A program made the position numbers and the translations under genes. This document shows positions 10,401 to 22,400 of a stretch of DNA of 64,000 nucleotides, piece by piece. Source of the DNA: Bacilli bacterium. GTDB taxonomy: Bacteria; Bacillota_I; Bacilli_A; RF39; UBA660. The notes under the pieces were generated by a model. That model did not search any database. It was not told the origin of the DNA and saw only the letters and a program-made list of their open reading frames with translations. How positions within the stretch are numbered: position 1 is the first letter of the stretch; each line of letters starts with the position of its first letter. The stretch is taken from assembly GCA_017511805.1 (NCBI GenBank), contig JAFWJA010000015.1, positions 323,098 through 387,097 of the forward strand. The letters are read 5' to 3'.

Positions 10401-13400
10401 CTTTTTTTCTTAATAGCAACTAGACCTAAAACTATAACTATTAATAGTAAAATTAGTACAATATAATTATTTCTTATTAAACCAGTTCCAAATGTTAATA
10501 TCAATGTTGCATATGTTTCTGCTGTTCTTGTTACTTTTGTATTATTATTTAATAATATATTATCACTAACACTATTTTCATATATTTCAAAGTCAATTTC
10601 TTTATTATCTTGACCAACTAATTTATATTGTCCTGGACCTAATCCATACAAGTATAATTTACCACTTAATGTATAGATTTTTTCTTGTCCACTACCCTTA
10701 CTATAATTACCTATAGTGTCTTCATCAAAATTAACTATATTATAAGAACCATCACTTAATTCATATAATTTATAATATTTATCATCCCTTAGACTAGTTC
10801 CATCTTCCATTTGATAAATAATTATATTTTTAGGATTAGTTTCTGTTCCTGTAATATTTGCTAAGAATTTATATATAGCTCCTCCTAGTCCACTAGGTGC
10901 TTGATCATTAACAATATTTATTCCAGCTGAAACATTATAACCAGTTGTTGTTAATGTATGACCATTTGTATAAATATTAACATCTATACCAGATGGTTTT
11001 ATTAAATCTGCTTCTAAAGCATAATCTTTTTGAAGTGATATAGTCGCTATTGAATTAGCTACTGCATAGTTAACTGCAGATTGTAAACTAGCAAAGTTTG
11101 TATTATTTACAACCACTACTACATCTTCTTCTCCAAGTGGAGCAAGTGTAGAACTAGTATAAGGTATATCATCTATTGTATTTGGATTTCTAACTTCTTT
11201 ATATCCTGGTTCTACATCTTTTATTGTTCCAATTACAGATCCTGTTCGACCAGATATAATTCCATCATAGAAATATATATTAGCACTATTATTTGTATTA
11301 TTAATACCATAACCTGTACCTAATATATATGGGTCAGTAATAGATGGTGTACCACCTTGTTCTCCGATATTTATAATACCAGTACTTGTATTATAAATAG
11401 CATCTCCATCAGAAGTAGTATATGTTCCTGATTTAATATTTGTTGTGCCACTTGAAGTATTATTTAATACATTACCTGATGTTGTTATGTATGTACCATT
11501 ATTAGAAGTAATTGTACCAGAACCAGTATTACTAAATATTGTACTTGTATTATTAGCAGTAACACTGTTTAATTCAATACTACCACCAGAACTACTTACT
11601 GTAGTAGCAGAATTAATGTTAACAGTATTAACTGTAACATTATTAGAACCTGATACTCCAATAGCAGTTCCAGATGCAGTAATATCTAAACTAGAAATAG
11701 TTGTTGTTCCTGATCCATTATTACTAATACCACTAGATCCTTGAATAGTAGTTCCTGAAATATCCATATCACCATAGTTATTAATAATAAGTGTTGAACC
11801 AGTATAACTTCCTCCAATTATAGTTAAATCACCAGTATTGATTATTCCTCCAGAATTAATATTATTATATGGAGAATTATATCCATAATTTAGTACAAAA
11901 TTGCTTATATTATTAAATGTACAATTATCTAATGTTAATGTACCAGAGTTATACGCTACAGCTTCATATGTTGATGTAATATTTGTGATAGTAGCAGTAC
12001 CATTATTATTAATAATACCACTTATACCACCATTAAATGTTCCACCTGTTATTGTTGCATTACCATTTACACCATTACGAACAATGGATCCTGTATTTCT
12101 AGAACTCCAAGATGTATCACCTTTTTCTAAGAATGTTCCTCCAGAAATATTTAGAATACCATCACTAAATATAACTCCTCCAGTATATGCTAAACTATCA
12201 TTGACTCTTTCTATACCTGTTAATTCTCCTCCAGTAATAGTAATTTCACCAGTTGATGAACTATATATTAATGGATCATTGAAATAATGTGGAGCAATAT
12301 TATAATCATAACATGTTTCTGAATTCTTTTTAACTACACCACCAGTAATTTTAATCTTACCAGTACTATTAAAAGCGGTTTCTACATAAGTACTTACTTC
12401 ACCACCATTAATTTCAATTTCATTAGTATTTTCTATTAAGTTAGCACCAAATAATGAATTACTCATAGTCAATTTACCATTATTTATTACTACTTTACCT
12501 GTATTAACTAATAAATTATTTGTAGTATAATCTAATGTCTTTAAATATGTACCACCTTCAAAAGTAAGTGTTCCATTATTTTCAAATATTTTTGAAATAT
12601 TACTTGTAATACCACCAGTACCAACTGAATCACTAGTCTTAGTATTATCAGTCATGGTTAATTTACCATTATTAGTTAAGAATAAAGAATTATTTGTAGT
12701 AATTAAGTATCCATTTAGATCTATTGTAATATCTTTAGTACTACCAACTACTACAGCATTTTCATTTGGTAATACACTAGCTTTTCTTAGTAATAATAGT
12801 GTATCTCCGTTTGACGCATCATCAATTGCTTCTTGAATTGTGTAATATTTATCTTGCGTAGATTTAGTAATATTTTGCATTACATACGTTCTATCTAGAT
12901 ATTCATTTTCTAAACCATCTACTGTTTCATTTATTATTTCATAATTATCTTCAAGATTAGTAATAGAACCACTATGAGCAGTATTACCTATTAATAATCC
13001 ATCATAGAAATTAATAGTAGCATTATTATTAGTATTATTTAAACCAACATTATTTCCTTTAATAATAGGATTAGTTTTAGATACTGTTCCATCAGCATGA
13101 ACACCTAATGTAATAGTACCTGATCCTGAATTATTAATACCATAATTAGAAGCATCTATATCAGTAGATAAGATATTAATATTACCTGTACCAGCTGAAC
13201 CAATACCTATTTGACCAATTATAGATGTATTTTGATCTATAGTTAATGTTCCTGTACCAGAATTAGAAATATTATTTGCAGAAGAACTTGTACTAGTAGA
13301 AGTTAATGTTGAATTAGTTATTGTAGCATCTGCTGTATTTGTAATTGTTGTTCCTGATGAAGTAATTGAAGTATTATCAATTGTTAATGTTCCATTATTT

Positions 13401-16400
13401 TCTAAACTATATCTACTAATTGAAGTTAAGTTTGAATTAGTCATTGTAGCAATTGCTCCAGAATAATTGACAATTGCAGAATCAAAACTTGAAGTAATAT
13501 TATTTATATCAATTGTTCCATAGTTATGAGCAATTATACCATTTGAACCAACGAATGAAGTTCCATCAATATTTGCTACTGCATTTAATTTATTCTCTAA
13601 GAATAATGATGCATGAATATCTCCCCAGTATCCTCTTGAACCATCTTCTCTAACAGTTCCTCCATTAAGATTAACTTCACCATAGTTTACTATTCCATAA
13701 TAAAGATAAGAATCTGAATTATTTGGATAATATCTACTCATATGTCTAAAGTCTATATCAGTAAATGTCATAATACCAGTTGCTTCATTATATATCATAT
13801 TAATCTTACTATCATAATGATCTTCTTTAGTAACTTTTATTTCATCACTTGTAGAAGTAATAGTTCCTGTATTATAAATAATCTTTGTATTATATGTTAA
13901 ATAATGACTATCATTTGATATTAATGTTCCATCATTATATATTATCCAAGAAGACATTCCATCTATACCAGTATATACTTTAATATTATCAGTATTCATT
14001 GTTCCTGAATTATAAATCATATCTGTACTATTATTAGAAATTTTCTTTATATCTAAATTTGATAAAGTAATATTATTACCATTATCTATTACTTTAGAAC
14101 CTGCGCTTTCAATATAACCAGGAATAATATCACCAGATGTTTCATCTACTTTTGAACTAGTAATAGTGAAATTACCATCATTTTCAAATAATAATGAATT
14201 ACCAGCAGATATCTTATATCCATCTAAATCTAATATAACTTCTTTAGATGAACCTACAGTAATTGAAGGTTCACTATTTGTAACAGTTAACTCTCTTAAT
14301 AATTTTAATGTATCTCCATTTGTTGCATTATCTATACCTTCTTGAATTGAATAATATTGTTCATGTGTTCTAGTATTTTCAACTGTATACACTTTATCTA
14401 AATATTTATGTTCTAATCCATCTACATTTTCAAGTATTATGCTATATCCTGATTCTATATTAGCAAGTGCTCCATTTAGTGCAGTTGTTCCTATTAACAA
14501 ACCATCATACATATTTATAGTAGCATTAACATTTGTATTATTTAGACCATTATTTCCTTTAATACTTGGATTTGTTTTAGAAACTGTTCCATCACTTACT
14601 CCTATATTGATAGTGCCAGCACCTGTATTATATATACCATTTAATACACCCTCAATAGTATTATCTTTTACATTAAGTGTTCCATCACCTGTAAATTGAA
14701 TACCATTTTGTGAGTTACCTGTAATAATATTATTATCTAATGTTGTAGTTCCTGAACTTGAACTAATAATACCATATTTACCTGTTAAAGTTGAACCAGT
14801 TACATTAGTAGTTCCAGAACCACTAAGTGATAATGCTGCTATTCTATCGTCATATGAACCAGGACTTCTTGTACTAATAATATCAGAATCAGTAACTGTT
14901 AAATTACCACTACTAGATAATGCTGTTGGATCACCCTTAATAGTAGAATTTGTTACTGTTAATGTACCACTATTTGAACTTGTACCTGAATTAACAGTTT
15001 GAATAGTAGAATCCACTATTTCCATTGTTCCATAGTTTTCAAATCCATTCCAACAATCAGATGTAATATTATCAATTTTAGCATATCCACTATTCTTAAT
15101 AATATATCCTCTTGATGATACGATTACTGTATCTGTAATATAAATATTACCATTTTCACGGTTATATGCAAATAATGAAGGATATCTATTACCATTATTA
15201 GATAAGTAATCTTTTAGATTTGCTCTACCACCATTAACATATATAGTTCCATAGTTTTCAAGTCCACCTGTTTCACGATTACCATCTTCTTTTTCAAAAT
15301 ATACATTATTTAATGTTACTAATCCAGTAGCTTCATTGGTAATTAATATATCTTTAGTATAACCTCCACTAGAAATCCATGCTGTAGTCATTAATTTACC
15401 ATTATTCATTGTCATAGTTCCAGAATTTCTAATAATTTGTGTTGAACCTGAATATATATCTGAATCTGTAATATTCATTGTACCTTTATTATTAATAATT
15501 TCTGTAGTCATATTATAATCATATCCAATTGATGTATAAACATTAGAATTATCAATGTTTAAAGTTCCATTATTTTCAATAAGATTTTGATATGTTTTTA
15601 ATTGATAAGATTTAATCATATCATATGTTAATGTACCATTATTAATTATTACTTTTTTAGAATATCCAACTATATATGTATCATCATTTAATTCACCATT
15701 ATATATATTAAGAGAACCATTATTTACTAAACCACTTTCTTCATTATATAGTTTAATAAAATGATTATCCATATTTATATTAATAATTTTATTTTCATTA
15801 ACATCAATAGTATTAGCAGCTTCTATGTCTTTTAGTAATACAATTTCAGTTTCTTGATTATTAGGTACTGCATTAATTGCTCCTTGTAATGTTGAATACT
15901 TTGTATCACCAATTCTAGCTACATACTCATCACCAGTTGGCTCATAATCAATTGGTTTTAATACTACACTTTCTAAAGTATCACCTTTAGTTACATATAA
16001 ATCATAGTTATCTGGAACATCAGTTATATGACCATTTATACTATTATTTACTTTACCTACCATTTTACCATCATAATAATTAAATTCTGGAATAGTATTT
16101 TTTGAGTAATTAATAGCTATAGCATTATTAGTAGCTTGTATTAATGGACTAGTTTCACTAACTGAATCTTCATTATCTCCAACAGTTAATTTACCGTAAT
16201 TAATACTAACACCTGTTGTATAATTTTCATTTGTACTAAAGTCACCTTTAATTGTTAACTCTGGTGCATTATTGTTATAATAGCATGAACCTGAGAATAC
16301 TCCAGTAGAATTAGTATTATTATTTGTAATACTACCTCCATCAATATTCATAGTTCCATAGTTATAGATTGTATTAGTATTAGAAGTACCTGCTGTAATA

Positions 16401-19400
16401 ACATCGGTATTCTCCATATTCATTGTTCCTCTACAAGGTGCATAGTAATCATCATAACCGTTTGTAATACTATGATGATTTGCATTAAATGTAGAATCAG
16501 AAATATTAACTATTCCATAGTTTTCTACATTCCATTCAGTATGTGTAAGATTACTTCCAGTTATATCAACTTCACCATCGTAATTATATATGTTAGAACC
16601 TCTTGTTCCACCCATTGTAGAATCTTTAACAATTATTTTTCTATATGAACCACTTCTATTATATATTCTGTCATTAATAATAGAATTATCAAATGTAATA
16701 GTACTTACTACACTTGATTGATTAGAATAGAATGATTCATTTGCAATACTATTTAATCTACTATTTTTAACAGTTAAATTATTATTAGTATCTTGATATA
16801 TATCTAATCCTTGACCATTTGAAGTAATATTATTTAATACTAAATCATTTATACTTCTATTATGAACATTTTTACTATTTGAAGAAGTATTTTCAAGCTT
16901 ATATCCTTTTATTTCGTCTTCGTTAACACCATCATTTAATATACCAATATTATTTGAAGAATACATGGCAATAGTACCTGATCCTTCAATAATATCACCA
17001 GATTCTGTATTATAAATACCTCTATTGCTATCTTTTAATCCTTTTAATATTCCATATTCTCCAATTGTTAATATACCTTTATTAGTAATAACATTGTATG
17101 ATCCAGCTTTATCTAGACTAATAATACCAGATTCTATATCAAGTTTAGCATCAAAATTATTAAATATTACAGAATTAGTTGTACTGGAAACATTTCCTGT
17201 AGGAATTGCATCTATCTTTATAGCATGTTGGTGTATAAACTCATTAAAGTTATATCTTGCAACATCAACATTATAATTTAGTTCAATTTCATCTGTTTTT
17301 AAAGTTCTATCATATATTTTAATACCATATATATAACCATTATAATTAGAACCACTTCCACCATCACGACCTAATCTAGTATTTGATAATGTACCCCAAT
17401 AATCTTTATTTGATCTCTTTTCTAGTTTTGTGCCATTATAATAAACTTCATAATCATCATTATCATAAGTAATTGCAATATGTTTAATTCTTCCATCTGC
17501 ATAATCAGATGGTAAATTAAATGTATAAGTACTTGTTGTTCCTACAATTATATATCCAGAATATACTCCAAATTCTATTTTTTCACTAGAATCTCCTAAA
17601 TATATAACTTGATTATTAGTATTTAATGGTTTAATTAATAATTCAACTGTTTCATTATTACCTGTAACAATTGGAGTATTAATAGTAGCATAACTATTTG
17701 ACCCATTAAAATACATTCCATTATCTTTATATGTTACATCTTGTAAACTAAAGTTATTACCATTACTTGAAATGTCTTCCCAAACATTTTCTGTATCTCC
17801 AGGATTTAATCCATCAAAGAATGCTAATAAGTTTTTATTATTATAATCACTAATACTATAAATGTTATTAGCATTTTCTATAGTTTTTTCTGATGCATTC
17901 TTTCTAATTGGATTTTTAGAATTAAATGTAATAGAATTTAGTGAACATCCAACAGTATAAGCACTTGGAGATGGTCCATGATAAACAATCATTTTGAAAT
18001 AATAATCACCTGGTTCATCTGGAGTTTCAACACTATAGTCATAACTCTTACCAGATGGAGTATCTATATCAAATTTTTCATAGGTTACAAAATCATCATA
18101 TCTATTTTCATCTGATGTAGAAAAACCAATATAAACATCACCCATATCTCCACCTACGTAATCATCATATGTAGTAATATTTCCTGTTACACTTCCATAA
18201 CTTGCTGAATTAATTGTTTCTTTATAAACAACTGAAGTCATTGTATTAGCATAACTTCTAACAACACTAACAGGATTATTACTATATCCAGAAGCATTAG
18301 TTATAGTAAAATTAGTATCTAATGATTCAACATTCATAGTATGTGCATCTGGATTTCCTCCACCTGCTATATAAATTTGATATGCTTCATCATATTCTTC
18401 ATCATATTGTTCTTGTAAATCAGATACACATTCTTCTGCAGCAGAAGTAATTCTTTGATATTCTTGTTCATATCTTATTAAATCTCTATTATAATCTGCA
18501 TCACTATGTACTAAATCATCTTCATATTTACTATCTATGATTTTCAAAGATCCATTATTTTTAATAACATAATCGTCTTTTGATGTAGTTAATGTATAAC
18601 CATTTAAATCAAGTACTACATCTCTTGTAGGTACTATTTCAAGTGGATTAGTTAATGTTATATTTCTAAGTATTTGAACTGTATCAACATCTTGATTCAA
18701 TACTGGGACGTTATATGTTGCAGTCGTAACTCTTGTAATATCATCAAGTTCTTCTACAGGGTATTCTTCTCCATAACTGTCTATTGAACCAATATAATTT
18801 ATAGTAAATTTATCATTTCCACGGCCAATACTACTATCTTTTCTATATCCTATATGTACGTAATTAATTCTACCTGCAGTTAAAGTAACTGTATAGTTTC
18901 CTGAAGATTCTCCTGATAAATATACAAATCTTCCTGTAGTATTATCATATTCTGGTGCTGTAGGATTGTCAGTAACAGTAATGTATCCAATATCACAATT
19001 TGATTCTGAAGAAATAGTTAGATTAAAGTTTAAATCTAAATCTTCTGCAACATTAGTCAAATCATATTCAAAATATGAATGTGCTGTAGAATAATCAACC
19101 CACGCATTATTATTTTCATAACCTCCTGCTCCATTAGGAACAAAATAATAATCACCATTTTGTGTTACATCAACTGATTCATAATCAAAACTATTCTTAG
19201 CTGTTTCTATTGATGAAATTATGAATGAATCTGGGTTAGATGCTCCTGTACCTGTACGTGCATAACATAAGTGAATATAGTTAATCTCGTTTGGTATCAA
19301 TTTAACAGGATAGTATTTATCACCAATATTTCCTGATATATAAATAGCTCTTCCTTCTTTATCATTCATTGAAGGCATATCACTATTATTTTTTACTGTT

Positions 19401-22400
19401 ACATATCCATAACTATAACCACCACTTGAATTTACTCTAGCTTTCATTAATAAATATTTTTGCTCAGAAACATTTGTTAAATCTATAACCATAAATGAAT
19501 GAGCACTAGATCTATCAATACGAGAATTACTATTATATAATTCATTATTTTCATTCTTAACAAACGGATAACCTGTATCTGAGAATAATGTTGCATCTTG
19601 TAAATCTGATAAATAAGTAGGTTTATATTTTCCAATATAAATATCATTTATAGAGAATAATTCAGGTTTATAATAATCTACTTGTGTTTTTATATGAAAT
19701 AAAAAGTGAACATAATATTCTTTTCCATTTTCTAATAATTTAGTATAATCTGTAGCAGCTTTTGAAGCTTCTATTTTAAACATTAAGTTTTCATCACTTG
19801 TAATATCTGGCATATCAGGACTATCAGTTATATATACATAACCATAGTTACTATTATTCGTACATCCACTATAACAATAGTAATAGTAATAAGCATCTTG
19901 TTCAGCATTAATAGTTAACATTTGTGGTTCTTCATAATTAGTTAAATCTATCTTTATATAAGAATGAGCTGTTGTTCCTGCCAAAGCAGTTGTATTGTTA
20001 CTATAATCCCTATATCTATTATTATTTGTATTTTGTAATTTACCAGTTGATTCATCATATATAAATCTATATTCCGAATCACTTCTTACTTGTTCAATTA
20101 AAGGTTTTGTATAATCAACATCTTCATAACTACCATTCTTACTATCATCAGTCGCACCTTGTACTTTAGTATAATAAGTAGATCTTATTCTTGCTTCTGC
20201 TTCTGCAAGTTGTACTAGTATTTCTACTTCTTTTCCTGGTATTAAATCAGATTTAACAGTAGTATTGTATAGATATGGTGTATCATCTACATTTCCTAAA
20301 ACTGATGTAGTAATACCTATTATTCTTCCATCATAGAAATTTAATGTTCCATCACTTTGAATACCATATACAGCTCCTTCAACAACTGGCGCTAGTGTAG
20401 ATACTTCTTGTGGTGCAGGTCTTTCATCATGTCCAACTATTAATGTTGCTCCACTAGCATTATAAATTCCTACTCCTGACGAATATATTTTACCTGGTGT
20501 TTCAGCTGTATCAATAACTTGTAATTTATAAAAATTATTAAATGCAGTAGATTCTGTTCCAGTAATAGTTTTCCCATTTATATCTAATAAAACACTTTGA
20601 CCTACTAGAATATCATTACTTTCTTCTGTGTTATCTATCATTTGAATATGACATGAAGTAGTACAATCTGTACTTTCTAATGCCTCACCTATAGATTCAT
20701 ATTTTTTTATTTCTTGATCATTACTATCTAATGTTCTACATACATAGTGTTTAGGTGGTGTTGTTATAGCAATACTATCACTGCTAACACGATCAACATT
20801 ATCATATACTTCAATTGTAATTGTATAATCATTTAATTCTTCTAAATTAGTAACTGTATACTCTTCTTCTAATTCGTGAGTATCAGCAACAATATTTTGT
20901 CTAGTATATACTAAAACTCCATTATTATATACTTTATATGTTTTTAAACCGGATTCATCATCTTTTATATTGATTTTGATTGTAGCTGTTATCGGAGTTA
21001 TTTCAGTATTAGTAAGTGAAACTATTGTTGGATTAATTTTATCAATATTATCTATATCATGACTTGTTTCTTCTGAACTAATACTTGATTTAACTGAATA
21101 AGCATTTACTACAGAATTATCACTAACAACAAAAGGCACTGTATATAATACATTTTGTCCTCCATCGATATTGTAATAATATGTATAGTCTTGATGTTCT
21201 GATGTAATTGTTACTGTTACGTTGTCTCTTACCCAAGTTGTAGGAGTATGACTAATTGATGGTGTTTCAACTAATTCAAATGAACTATATAAAGTTAAAT
21301 CACTTGTTACTGGTGTACTAAATATATATGGTTCATTATTTAGTGTCCAGTTAAGAAATATATTATGAGCCTTTGTTGGTATATTAGCTGGTGCTGAAAC
21401 TGTATCATTATAATCAACATGATCAATTGCAAATGGTACATCACCATTCATAAATGTTACTGTGTAACTATTTATTGTATAAACACTATGAAGAATAATA
21501 TTATCAGTTATTGGTGTATTGAAGTTATATGCTGGTCCATTTTCAGTTAAACTCCAATGACTAAATGTATATCCTGTTTTACTTGGACTAGTTTCTGGTT
21601 CAGTAGCAGTATTGTTATAATCAACTTTTTCTATTTCACCAAATTGATTTTCTCCATCCATAAATGTTACTGTATATTGATTTATTTGATATATAGCTTC
21701 TAATGATATAGTGCCTGTTGTTCCAGTACTAATTACATATGGATTATTAGTATTTGTACCATCATTCCATCCTATAAATGTATATCCTGTTTTGCTTGGA
21801 TTATTTATTGTTATGTCTGGACTTTCTATTGTATATTTATTTGGATTTGTTACTCCTTCTGGTAAAGTTCCTCCATTATAATTGTATGAAATACCATATT
21901 CTATAGGAGTATAATGTGCAGTTAATGTTTTATTACCTGTTGACCCATGTTCTATTATAAATGGATTTTTTGGATTCTCTGTACTTTCTGTCCATCCTAC
22001 AAATGTATATCCTGTTTTGCTTGGATTATTTATTGTTATATCTGGACTTTCTATTGTATATTTATCTGGATTACTAGTTACTGTTCCTCCATCTAATACA
22101 TAATCTATTCTATATTCATCAGCAGTAAATACTGCGGTTAATGTTTTATTACCTGTTGAACCTGCATTTAAAACATATGGATTATTAGTATTAGTACCAT
22201 CATTCCATCCTACAAATGTATATCCTGTTTTACTTGGATTATTAATTATTATTGTATCTGATGTTATATAGTATTTATTTGGATTTGTTACTCCTTCTGC
22301 TAATGAACCTCCATTATAAACATAATCTATTCTATATTCAGTTGGTGTATAATGCGCAGTTAATGTTTTATTACCTGTTGATCCATGTTCTATTATAAAT

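Noticed and set aside
11445-12836. Plus-strand ORFs (11445-11744, 11901-12287, 12654-12836, 14439-14699, 17025-17276, 24876-25424) inside the giant minus-strand gene.
   Set aside because: They are antisense to a continuous 15-kb ORF with clear domain structure. Their products are low-complexity L/V/P/I-rich translations typical of the reverse strand of AT-rich, N/T/G/S-codon-rich sequence.
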